A stretch of 64,000 nt of DNA from IMG/VR virus record IMGVR_UViG_3300025282_000024, one strand, 5' to 3'. This document shows positions 43,318 through 52,345 of the stretch, in pieces (positions within the stretch are counted from its first letter, which is position 1; each line of letters starts with the position of its first letter). The notes below the pieces were generated by a model, which saw nothing but the letters and a program-made list of their open reading frames with translations, had not been told where the DNA came from and searched no databases. The stretch comes from a virus. The translations under genes were made by a program, and so were the position numbers.

Positions 43318-46140
43318 TTACTTCTTGTTAATCTTGGCTTGAAGAGCTTTAATCTGTGCAGATTGCTCTTGAATTGCAGAAACAAGTACTGCAGTCAAGC
43401 GACCGTAATCCACACCGAACATGCCTTCTTCAGTACCATGAACAGCTCCTGGAATGACATCCTTCATATCCTGAGCCAAGAAACCGAAGTCTCTCTGACC
43501 ATCTTCCTTCCATGTGAAGTCGACAGCTTTAAGAGAATTAACAGTTTTGAGGGCATTTCGCATAGGCGAAACCTCTGACTTAAGTCTTTCATCCGAGAAG
43601 GTTACGAATGCCGAGGCGCGAATCTTGTTGATATTATTCGTGCCGGCGCTGCCGTTTCCAACATCAATCGCATAGTCAGTAGTGGCGTCTCCACCCATAC
43701 GAACAGTCTCAGTGCCACCATCTTTGATGATTAGCGCATTCTCAGATGCATCCCAAAGGACCTGATCATTTGCGTTAGTACCATAAAATATAACGTCTAG
43801 GCCGGAAGTGCTTGCACCGACTGTAACACGACCAGACAGCTGAGTGGCACCAGACACGTCAAGTGCACCATTAATATCAACTGTTGTACAATCCATATTA
43901 ATATCAGTTGTAGCCGCAAGATCAAGATCTGCAGCCGATGAAGCTTTAATGTATTGACTTGAGTCATTAAACTGAATCGCCATTGTGGAATTCAAGAGAA
44001 GACCAGTGTCAGCAACGTGAGTTAGGCTGACATCAGAATCAGCGCCAAAACCAAGCTTCGCACCATCTGAGTCTAACTCTAAGTCGTCACCAACATACAA
44101 GTCTGCAGCCACAGAAGCACCACCAGCAACGGTAAGAGCGCCTGACGTGGTACTAGAAGCCGCTGTAGTAGCAGTAATTGCAACTTGCTGTGAAGAGTCA
44201 ATTGTCATGGCAGTCGTTGTACCGTGCGCTGCACCAACACCGATCTCAAGCTTATCAGTACCATCATCAAGACCGATACGATAATCCTGAGCATTGCCGT
44301 CGAATACCAAGAAAGTATCTTCGGCGCCTGCATCACCAATGGTGAGCTTCGGCGTCGTGCCCTTAACGATAACGCCGGCTGCGCCGACATTCATATCAAT
44401 GCTTCCATCAGAAGTAAGATCAAGCGCGCCGTCAGCACCAGAATTGATGCCGACTCCGGAATCTCTGAATGTAATCGCCATGGCGCCATTCAGAAGAAGG
44501 CCCGTATCAGCAACGTGAGTGAACGAAACATCTTTATCTGCACCGAAGTTAAGAATTGCGCCGTCAGATAAGAGATCCAAATCATCACCGATAACAGCAC
44601 TCTTAACAACACTCAAACCGCCGTCAGTCTGTAAAGAACCGTCAGTTGTAGAAGTGGCTTCAGTTGTGTCGTCAGTTTTGAGTACGCCCCCTGACGTGGT
44701 GGCGCCTTGAACTACAAGAGTCGATGCGAGCGTGCAAGCGCCAGAACCAGAAATAGTGGTTGCCTTTAATGTAGACTGCGAAGCCGCTCCGATGGCAGTA
44801 CCATCGATAGCGCCAGAGTCAATATTGACATTGGTCATTGCTTCATCAGAGAAGTTGACAGCACCTGCCTGCTCATAAGCGCCAAGCTTGGTAACAGTCA
44901 AAGTATCAGTTGCAAAAGTAAAATCCGAATCGTCAATAAGAAGCCCGTTTGTGCTAGCAAATGGAACTCGACCGCTTGTTAAACTATCAGCAGTAAAAGT
45001 TGAGGCACGCAAGTCGTAAGCTCCAATATCAATATCAGCGGTCGCGGTAATCCCAGCCGTTGTAAGGGCCGTAATAGTTTGCGAAGTGGCTGTACCACCC
45101 ACAACACCATTAATAGCAGGAGCTGTTAAAGTCTTGTTGGTAAGAGTCTGCGTGTGGGCGTTAAACGTGAACTCATCAGCGCCGGTGAGCAATGGAAGCG
45201 TAACCGTTCTATCAGCAGTAAGTTCGCTGCCCGCAAACACATACTGATGATCAGAGGAGGCGTCATTGATTTGAGGTGTGGTTAATACGGGACTCGTTAG
45301 AGTTTTATTGGTAAGAGTCTGTGTACTTGTAGTTCCCACGAGCGGGACCAGAGTACCTACGATACCAACTTCCCAGAGATCCGTGGTCTCGTTCCACTGT
45401 AAAAGGGCGTCGGTCGAGCCATCACGGCCAACTTGGATACCAGAGTTTGCGCCGGCAGCTGCCGAACCATCGCTGTAGTTAAGCTGCATGATCGGATCTT
45501 CTACCTGTACAATTGAAGTGTCAAGAGTAGTTGTGGTACCTTGAACGGTAAGATCACCAGTAAGAGTCAAGCCAGTGAACTGAGGACTGTCGCCAGTTCC
45601 TACGCCCATACTTGTTCGAGCGGTTGCGCCACTTTCGTAAGCAAAAGCTCCAGCGCCGGTTGCAACGATGAATTCCCCATCAACACTTGCTGCGCCTAGA
45701 GTATTTAGATCTTCGAGAACTCCGTTGACATTGACTGTAAGGGTCTGACTGCCAGCGACGGTCGTGAGGCCGGTTCCTCCTGCGATATCGAAGGTCTGGC
45801 TATCAAGGTCGACGGCGCCCGTTCCGGAATCGCCTTGGAAGTCGAGGTCTGAATCTCCGACCTTGGAATCGACGTAAGCTTTAATTGATTGTTGTGTCGC
45901 AAGAGCGGTGGCAGAATCGGACGACATATTGTCCTGGTCAAGAACGGACGTGACTTCGGTTGAGCTATTAAGGTTAATTGCGGGGGTTAAGATACCCACG
46001 AGCGTTCTTACACGTTCGCTGGCGTCAGAGCCTGTGAGATAGATAGAGCCACTAGTGGCCGGGGCGGTGTTAGAATCACCATCGTAGTTTTGTAGGTCAA
46101 TATATGGACCATATTGGGTAACAGATGCGGGACTAGACAT
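43318..46140 (-). CDS. Tail fibre with C-terminal intramolecular chaperone (peptidase S74)
   Basis: G/T/S/D-rich, TQTLTNKTLT x2, ~65-aa internal duplication; C-terminal SDERLK...GFLAQD...VDYGRL..VLV.AIQE. Confidence 0.88.
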   Translation of the reverse strand: MSSPASVTQYGPYIDLQNYDGDSNTAPATSGSIYLTGSDASERVRTLVGILTPAINLNSSTEVTSVLDQDNMSSDSATALATQQSIKAYVDSKVGDSDLDFQGDSGTGAVDLDSQTFDIAGGTGLTTVAGSQTLTVNVNGVLEDLNTLGAASVDGEFIVATGAGAFAYESGATARTSMGVGTGDSPQFTGLTLTGDLTVQGTTTTLDTSIVQVEDPIMQLNYSDGSAAAGANSGIQVGRDGSTDALLQWNETTDLWEVGIVGTLVPLVGTTSTQTLTNKTLTSPVLTTPQINDASSDHQYVFAGSELTADRTVTLPLLTGADEFTFNAHTQTLTNKTLTAPAINGVVGGTATSQTITALTTAGITATADIDIGAYDLRASTFTADSLTSGRVPFASTNGLLIDDSDFTFATDTLTVTKLGAYEQAGAVNFSDEAMTNVNIDSGAIDGTAIGAASQSTLKATTISGSGACTLASTLVVQGATTSGGVLKTDDTTEATSTTDGSLQTDGGLSVVKSAVIGDDLDLLSDGAILNFGADKDVSFTHVADTGLLLNGAMAITFRDSGVGINSGADGALDLTSDGSIDMNVGAAGVIVKGTTPKLTIGDAGAEDTFLVFDGNAQDYRIGLDDGTDKLEIGVGAAHGTTTAMTIDSSQQVAITATTAASSTTSGALTVAGGASVAADLYVGDDLELDSDGAKLGFGADSDVSLTHVADTGLLLNSTMAIQFNDSSQYIKASSAADLDLAATTDINMDCTTVDINGALDVSGATQLSGRVTVGASTSGLDVIFYGTNANDQVLWDASENALIIKDGGTETVRMGGDATTDYAIDVGNGSAGTNNINKIRASAFVTFSDERLKSEVSPMRNALKTVNSLKAVDFTWKEDGQRDFGFLAQDMKDVIPGAVHGTEEGMFGVDYGRLTAVLVSAIQEQSAQIKALQAKINKK

Positions 46141-46302
46141 AATTTAATTTCCTCCTTTGGTAGTTATGTTTATCATCTTCTCTAGAATATAAAGAAGTGC
46201 ATTTTATTTCCACAATCAATAAAGATTATGGAAAGCCCCACTCATATTGGTTGGGTGGGAGCAGCATAACTAGGGAGCAGCACCTCGTTTTTACTAAAAA
46301 TA

Positions 46303-47229
46303 TTAATTATTTTTTTTATTAATTAATTTATTTTTTAGATCCGCAACTGTCGTCTGTAGGCTAAGTATTTCTTCTTGTTGGGCTTTCACTGCCTCGACAA
46401 GAACTGGAACTAATTTGGTGTAGTCCATCCCATGAGCCTCTATATTTTCTTTTTTCCACTCAACAATCTCTGGCATATGCTTGCCAACATCTTCTGCAAT
46501 AAAGCCAATATCTTTTCTATTATTACTCTTCCAGTTAAATGTAACGCCCTCAATCTTGCCTAGGATATCAATTGGGCTCTCGATCTTAGATATATTATTT
46601 TTAAGAGCAACAGAGGAATAAGTTACAAACGCGTTGGCCTTTATTCTCCCTGTTTCATCTGCGGTGTCTGGAAGTGTGATTCCATGACTAACGCTAGCGC
46701 GGCTTAAATTACCTATGCCCAGCATTCCAGGCATTAATACTTTTGATGCTTGTAATTGGAGGCCCGTATTTGACCCAGAAATAATAAGATAGTCAGAAGA
46801 CGCCTCGTCGTATGTTATATAAGCATCAGCGTTTGTTCCAAAATTTATTTTTACATCGTCGGCTACTTTTAAATTAGAGCCATCGTAAGTAAAAGTTGAG
46901 ATGGCACCAAATTGACCATTATTATTAAACTGTAATTGAGTGTCTGCGCCGGCTGGTGTGTGAGAGGCAGTTAATTGAGACACCTGAATTTTTTTAACAT
47001 TGTTCGAATCATTGGCGTCTGCGAGTAAAAGCAAATCAGTCCCACCAACAGTGATATTGGTGCCATCGGTAGCGTCGTTAATATCGACCGCCAATGTTAT
47101 ATCACCGCGAGAGCCCCCACCAGATAAGCCATTACCAGCAGTAATAGCTGTGATATCGCCCTCGCCTTGCGCTGTTTTAGTTATGATGCGCATTAGCTGA
47201 TCCATTGATAAATTAGCTGGCCTAGGCAT
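46303..47229 (-). CDS. Short tail fibre/spike with S74-like chaperone domain
   Basis: QLQFNNNG.FG; C-terminal YSSVALKNNI...GFIAEDV...PEIV...MDYTKLVPVLVEAVK. Confidence 0.78.
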   Translation of the reverse strand: MPRPANLSMDQLMRIITKTAQGEGDITAITAGNGLSGGGSRGDITLAVDINDATDGTNITVGGTDLLLLADANDSNNVKKIQVSQLTASHTPAGADTQLQFNNNGQFGAISTFTYDGSNLKVADDVKINFGTNADAYITYDEASSDYLIISGSNTGLQLQASKVLMPGMLGIGNLSRASVSHGITLPDTADETGRIKANAFVTYSSVALKNNISKIESPIDILGKIEGVTFNWKSNNRKDIGFIAEDVGKHMPEIVEWKKENIEAHGMDYTKLVPVLVEAVKAQQEEILSLQTTVADLKNKLINKKNN

Positions 47230-47235
47230 CTTATT

Positions 47236-47700
47236 TTACTCCTGTGGTCTCACGGCATAAACAACCGCTATAGTTAGTGCGATTCCAACAATAATGCCCC
47301 CGGCAGTCCACCAAATTGTATAGTCGCGCTTTTTGGCAGCAATCTCAGTCAAGCGTTCAATTTCTTTATTTTTAATCCCAAGTAGTGTTTTATGTTTTTC
47401 CTGTAGTGAGGCATAAGTAACTTTTTGAGTCTCTATAATTAATTGCAGGCGGGCGGTTTCTTTTGCTAGTTCATATTTCAGCTTAAGCTGCCATTGCTTT
47501 TCAGAAAAGTTTCTATTTGTCAAGAGGCTAGCCGCGGCAATACTATTTAAAAGCACCCCAGAATAGGGAGCAGGCTGTTTATATCTCAATCCTGTTATTC
47601 TTCCTTTGGGGGGAAGCAACGGTGTTACCTCTGCAAAAACAATCGTCGGGACAAAAGTCACACAAATCATTAAAAATAAAACTAGTAACTTATTCAACAT
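47236..47700 (-). CDS. Exported protein with C-terminal membrane anchor (putative spanin partner)
   Basis: Signal peptide ..TIVFA|E, coiled coil, C-terminal TM WWTAGGIIVGIALTIAVVYAV. Confidence 0.5.
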   Translation of the reverse strand: MLNKLLVLFLMICVTFVPTIVFAEVTPLLPPKGRITGLRYKQPAPYSGVLLNSIAAASLLTNRNFSEKQWQLKLKYELAKETARLQLIIETQKVTYASLQEKHKTLLGIKNKEIERLTEIAAKKRDYTIWWTAGGIIVGIALTIAVVYAVRPQE

Positions 47701-48091
47701 ATTCTAGCCCATATTTCTCTGCTAAAAGTTTTGCCAGCTCATCTGGCTTCTCATCATATTTTTCTACAAGATTTTTAATTTCTTTTTTCTTTTCTTTATC
47801 CAACTCTAGATTGTCTTTCTTATACTTCTCTTCTAAGTCGGTAACTATTTTGCCATAGTTTTCCAGAATTTTATCTTTTTTCTTGGTTTCTTGATCGTGA
47901 ATATCGTTAATGGCATCTATTTGTTTTTTATAGCTTTCGGTGCGCGTTTCTAAAACTTTCATCGCATCGTCTTTTCTTCTAAAGAATATCCACAGAACTA
48001 TAGTGTATATAACAATTAATGGAGCTTTCCAATTATGTTTAAGCCATGCCCAACATTTCTTTAAAAAAGTTTTTATGGCCAACCAACTCAT
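47690..48091 (-). CDS. N-anchored coiled-coil protein (i-spanin-like)
   Basis: One N-terminal TM followed by a charged coiled coil; TAATG-coupled to the upstream gene. Confidence 0.5.
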   Translation of the reverse strand: MSWLAIKTFLKKCWAWLKHNWKAPLIVIYTIVLWIFFRRKDDAMKVLETRTESYKKQIDAINDIHDQETKKKDKILENYGKIVTDLEEKYKKDNLELDKEKKKEIKNLVEKYDEKPDELAKLLAEKYGLEYVE

Positions 48092-48285
48092 TATTTGCCG
48101 TGCCTCCATCGAGTTGCAATATCTGCAAGACCTTCAATCCCAATATATGCTAAAGAAATGGCAACCCAATCTTCGCTAGCTAGTGAATCTCCAAATATCA
48201 TTAAGCACGTGGCAGTCACCCAAACCATGAGCTTTCTGGATAGTAATTTATTTAGCCCTTTATCAATAATTTGTTTAGTCATCAT
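48091..48285 (-). CDS. Putative holin
   Basis: 64 aa, two TM segments, LSRKL motif, basic C-terminus, MM start. Confidence 0.5.
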   Translation of the reverse strand: MMTKQIIDKGLNKLLSRKLMVWVTATCLMIFGDSLASEDWVAISLAYIGIEGLADIATRWRHGK

Positions 48286-48296
48286 AATACACCTCT

Positions 48297-48473
48297 TTAT
48301 GTTGTTACCGTGTAGGCCGGTGTCGTTATTTTACCTTTTATGGTGGGGGCTCCAACGTTATTCAAAAAAAACGGCACCTGCTTTACGCTGATGTCGTGAT
48401 CATTATTATTAGTAAGGTTTAGAATCTTATTAATAGTAAAAGTGGAACTAACTTTTTTATTTGGTTGTGCCAT
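48297..48473 (-). CDS. 58-aa hypothetical protein (MAQPNKKVSSTF...)
   Basis: SD AGGAG; fills the intergenic gap; below ORF-track cutoff. Confidence 0.55.
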   Translation of the reverse strand: MAQPNKKVSSTFTINKILNLTNNNDHDISVKQVPFFLNNVGAPTIKGKITTPAYTVTT

Positions 48474-48482
48474 AGTTTTCTC

Positions 48483-51400
48483 CTAAATGTTTATATGTGC
48501 AAATCCCTCTTTTTTATCAATAACAATTTGTTGGTCTACACAATCTTTCAAGCTGTCAAGATGAGAAATCAAAATAACAGTTTTAAAGTATGACTTAATT
48601 AGTTCTAAGATGGAAATAAATCCATCCATATTATCTGCGTCCAAGGCAGTGCCGGGCTCGTCTAAGATAAAAACATCTGATTTCGGCAGACTAGAAACTG
48701 AAAGAAGTGCCAATCGAATTGCCATAGCAGCAATAGTTTTTTCTGCTCCGCTACCCATTTCAATTGGGCGTGGTTCATGCTTGGGGTGTTTAATAAAAAT
48801 TTTCATATGTTTACCATCATTTTCAAAGAAGACTTCAAAATCAACAACGTTTGCTAAAACCTTTGCAATTTCATTATTAATAACTGGAAGCTTCTTTTTA
48901 ATAATATCATATGATATACCATTCGTATGCATGCATCTCATAAATAATTCATAAGCTGAATAATCCTCTCTAAGACTTTGTAGTTCTTCTTTTTGTTCTT
49001 TAAGAGATGTAAGCTTCTGCTCTAGAGAGCCATGTTCTTTATAAAAACCCATAAGAACATTTTGACACTCTTGCAATTCTGCCTCCTTCTCTAAGTAAAC
49101 TTTCTTTGCTTTTTTCAATTGTCTAATAAAGGATCCTTTATTTTCAATGATGTCTTTATTTTCGTAATAGAGTTGTTTTTGTTCTCCCAGGGAGACAATT
49201 TCACCATCAATTGATTTCAAATTAACTTCACTGCGCTCAATCTCAACTTTTATCTTAGATATTTCAAGCTCTGAGGACTCTTTTTTATCTACAACCTCTT
49301 TATACTTTTTAAGATAAGTTTCGATTTGTTCAGGATTTAAATCTTTTATTTCTTTGTCGAGGATTGTAGATTTTTTAGCGAGCAGTTTAGCATTGTCAGC
49401 AAGACCCGGCATACTATTAAAGGCACTATGAGCATCACAAATAAATTTACAATCAGGAAACTTACTTCCGCAAGGCACCTCTTTTAAAAGACTAATTCTC
49501 TTTTCTTTAGCTTCTTTCTCCTTCTCCAAGAAGCTTATTTCATCAGTAATTGTTTTAAGAGTTATTAATTTTTCAGCAACTTTGCTTTGTTTTTCATATA
49601 AATCCTCTGTATTAAAGTTTGAAATAAAATTATCAATTTTCTTGACAAGATTTTCTTTTTCTTTGAGGCTCTCCTGAAAATTAACAATTGCCGCAGTGAT
49701 ATCTAAATGTTGTTTTTCTTTTTCATTGAGCAATGCGATGACTGCTTCTATATCAATTAAGTCTGTGGGAATAGAGTCAATTGATTTCTGAATTTCATCA
49801 ACACTAGTTTGAGTGTCTAATAGTTCTTTTTTAATTGTTTCACAACTTTCAGAATGATCGCGAGTTGCAGCTTCATTAAAAATGATTTCTTTTTCTACAT
49901 TGAAAATGTCATCATCAAATTCTTGTCCTTCAAGTCTTTTGAGGGCCCCTCGAAGATCAGTGGCGTCTTCTTTGGCTAATTTAAACTTCTTGTCAAACAT
50001 CTCCAAATCAAGAAATTTTGCGAGTATTTCTTTTCTTCTTGTTGATCCCTCACTAATAAATTGTAATGCACCAAGCTGAGAAGACATAGACGTCATTAAG
50101 AAATCGTCTAAAGTTCCAAAGTGTTTTCTTATGATCTTGTCTGTTTCGTTTCTAGTGGTACCATTTAAACTTTGAGTCTGCTCAGTTACTGTATCATAAC
50201 ACTCAAAGTTTAAATCCGTTTTGGCCTCTACAGTTTCATCACCCTTTAATTTCTTTATATATTTATCGGCTTTTCTTTCGATAGTGTATCGTTTGTTTCC
50301 AACCGAGATATGGACTTTTCCACTTCCTGACTGCTTGTTCTGGTTGATAATGTTGAGGTTTTTCCGCTCGTTTTTGCTAGTAGAATTAAATAAAGTAAAC
50401 AAAACGCTGTCAATAATACTAGACTTGCCAGAAAAGTTTTTACCAAAGATACCCACGATTCCAGAGAGCTTTTGAAAGTCGACTATATTCCCCTCACCAT
50501 AATTAAAAAGATTATCCCACTCAAGCCTTTCAAGCTTCCAATTAATATTTCTGCCTACTTCTTCATTTTCTTCTACCACTGTATTATATTTTGAATTAAG
50601 TTTTAAGGCTCTTTCAACCAATTCTTCATCTGGCTGAAAATCTTTAATATATTCTCTTATAAATTCTTCTTGTACAGCAACGTCTCTCAGATTATCATTT
50701 GCTAGGCCGTCAGCAAACTCATCAATATTTCCTCTCTCGCCAGAAGCTCTATTCAAAAAAGTAATACTTTCTGGCTTAAAGCGATGCTTTGCAACCTCAA
50801 CTGCCTTTTTCATAATGCTTAGAGGTAAATTATTGTTTGAAACCAGGCGCACTCTGGCACCTTTGGGGATCTGAATCTTGTTTGGCATTCTCCCTTTTGG
50901 AGTCAGCTCTATTGTGATAAACGGTTTTGGGTTTTTAAGTACATGATGCGTGCATGTAAAATCATCTTTGTCTTTAATTTCCCAAATCAAAAACCCTTTA
51001 TCATTTGTTTCTCCGTGATTCTGTTGTATCGTTGAACCAGCATAACGAATTCTGCCAGCATGATCTAAAATTTGGTCTGTTTTGTGGATGTCTCCCAAAA
51101 AAGCAAAATCATGTCCTTGAAAAATTGATATATCATCTTCCCCATGCTCCATAATCCACCCCAAATCAGTGCGGCTATTACAAATAGCACCATGATAGAG
51201 AGCAATCTTAATCTTTGTATCGTCGGAAGGTAATACCCAATTATCGCGATCGAACACGCTAAGAACATTAAAAGTGAAATTTTCATCTAATTTGGTCTCC
51301 CCGCTATTCTTTAGCAGAAACAGATCTGGGTGATCTAAGGCTTCAACTATCGGCGTGATAGCATCTTGTCTGCTGCTGTTTTTAAGGTTCCCATCATGAT

Positions 51401-51635
51401 TCCCCAGAATTACATAAGTAGGGGCAATAGATGCTAAAGACGATAAAAAGCTCGAACACAAATCAAAGAATTCCGGCGACAGTTGTGTTTTGGTGTGTGC
51501 AATATCTCCACAATGAACAATGTAATCAACCTCTTCTTCACGCAATTTATCATAAAGTTGTTCGAACACTTCTTTGTATTCGTAATGATATTTTAAATTT
51601 TTGATGTGCGTATCTGCAATGTGTGCAAACTTCAT
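48483..51635 (-). CDS. Fused Mre11/SbcD nuclease - Rad50/SbcC ATPase (gp47-gp46)
   Basis: N-terminal DTH, GD, GNHD, YHG, LGDIH phosphoesterase motifs; Walker A GKNFSGKS; coiled coil; GSGAE signature; ILDEP; ISH. Confidence 0.9.
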   Translation of the reverse strand: MKFAHIADTHIKNLKYHYEYKEVFEQLYDKLREEEVDYIVHCGDIAHTKTQLSPEFFDLCSSFLSSLASIAPTYVILGNHDGNLKNSSRQDAITPIVEALDHPDLFLLKNSGETKLDENFTFNVLSVFDRDNWVLPSDDTKIKIALYHGAICNSRTDLGWIMEHGEDDISIFQGHDFAFLGDIHKTDQILDHAGRIRYAGSTIQQNHGETNDKGFLIWEIKDKDDFTCTHHVLKNPKPFITIELTPKGRMPNKIQIPKGARVRLVSNNNLPLSIMKKAVEVAKHRFKPESITFLNRASGERGNIDEFADGLANDNLRDVAVQEEFIREYIKDFQPDEELVERALKLNSKYNTVVEENEEVGRNINWKLERLEWDNLFNYGEGNIVDFQKLSGIVGIFGKNFSGKSSIIDSVLFTLFNSTSKNERKNLNIINQNKQSGSGKVHISVGNKRYTIERKADKYIKKLKGDETVEAKTDLNFECYDTVTEQTQSLNGTTRNETDKIIRKHFGTLDDFLMTSMSSQLGALQFISEGSTRRKEILAKFLDLEMFDKKFKLAKEDATDLRGALKRLEGQEFDDDIFNVEKEIIFNEAATRDHSESCETIKKELLDTQTSVDEIQKSIDSIPTDLIDIEAVIALLNEKEKQHLDITAAIVNFQESLKEKENLVKKIDNFISNFNTEDLYEKQSKVAEKLITLKTITDEISFLEKEKEAKEKRISLLKEVPCGSKFPDCKFICDAHSAFNSMPGLADNAKLLAKKSTILDKEIKDLNPEQIETYLKKYKEVVDKKESSELEISKIKVEIERSEVNLKSIDGEIVSLGEQKQLYYENKDIIENKGSFIRQLKKAKKVYLEKEAELQECQNVLMGFYKEHGSLEQKLTSLKEQKEELQSLREDYSAYELFMRCMHTNGISYDIIKKKLPVINNEIAKVLANVVDFEVFFENDGKHMKIFIKHPKHEPRPIEMGSGAEKTIAAMAIRLALLSVSSLPKSDVFILDEPGTALDADNMDGFISILELIKSYFKTVILISHLDSLKDCVDQQIVIDKKEGFAHINI

Positions 51636-51741
51636 ATTTATCCTATTAAATCCTTACGCATGCTTAAGCTAGCGAGCCCAACAGTCAATGATCTGGTTTG
51701 AGAGTCACTTTTATTGATCGTGCTTTAATATGCATATATAC

Positions 51742-51771
51742 ATAATATCACATTTTTTCATGTGTTGTCAA
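51742..51771 (-). promoter_or_regulatory. sigma70 promoter for the Mre11-Rad50 gene, with a spacer palindrome
   Basis: TTGACA-N18-TATTAT with TG extension; CACAT-N6-ATGTG in the spacer. Confidence 0.6.
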
Positions 51772-51784
51772 CAGTTTTTTTATT

Positions 51785-51810
51785 GGTGGGTAGAAAAAAT
51801 TCTACCCACC
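51785..51810. terminator. Stem-loop downstream of hsp20
   Basis: 11-bp GGTGGGTAGAA/TTCTACCCACC stem; lacks a U tract on the sense strand, so termination is uncertain. Confidence 0.5.
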
Positions 51811-51819
51811 ATATTATCT

Positions 51820-52251
51820 TCACTTAATTCCAATTTTAAAAGGTTCTGCCTCTGGTCGTGGAGGTACCTCCAAACGTAACAGGCCATCTTCAAATTGAGC
51901 CCTCACACTCTTAAGATCTAAATTATTGTCATAATTGACATAGGTCTTGTGAAAAGCTCGACGGGCAATTCTGCGAGACTTAAAGTTCGGCGTCTCTTCA
52001 TCACCGTGCGAATCTGATGAGACATGAATCTCCATCTTTTCAGGTAGAACTTCAACATGCAAATTCTCTTTTTTAAACCCAGCAAGTGCAAATTCCATAA
52101 CCGTGTTTCCCGAATCGTCTCGATAAATATCTGCGACGGGATAACCTTCGGTGGTGCGCTGCAGCCAAGTGTTTGGCATTGAATTAAAAATGTCATCAAA
52201 AACGTTCCAGCCAAGAACGCTAGTTCGGTAGCTACTAATTCCAGTACTCAT
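51820..52251 (-). CDS. Small heat-shock protein (Hsp20/IbpA family)
   Basis: YPVADI, EFALAGFK.E.L.V, RRIARRAF, A.FEDGLL...P, I-G-I tail; start moved to ATG 52251 (SD AAGGAG). Confidence 0.9.
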   Translation of the reverse strand: MSTGISSYRTSVLGWNVFDDIFNSMPNTWLQRTTEGYPVADIYRDDSGNTVMEFALAGFKKENLHVEVLPEKMEIHVSSDSHGDEETPNFKSRRIARRAFHKTYVNYDNNLDLKSVRAQFEDGLLRLEVPPRPEAEPFKIGIK

Positions 52252-52310
52252 ATTTTTTCTCCTTTTTAAGCAAGTACAAGTTAAACATCCCTTAAGGCAA
52301 TATTTAACCC
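52252..52310 (-). promoter_or_regulatory. ROSE-like RNA thermometer in the hsp20 5'UTR
   Basis: CUUGCUU pairs with SD AAGGAG around a bulged G; preceded by a second hairpin. Confidence 0.65.
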
Positions 52311-52316
52311 TACACA

Positions 52317-52344
52317 AGTATAACAACTAAAATTAATTTGTCAA
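52317..52344 (-). promoter_or_regulatory. sigma70 promoter for hsp20
   Basis: TTGACA-N16-TATACT with TG extension. Confidence 0.7.
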
Positions 52345-52345
52345 G

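Noticed and set aside
52252-52326. Cys-rich N-terminal extension of Hsp20
   Set aside because: It overlaps the promoter and structured 5'UTR; the SD-led ATG is at 52251.
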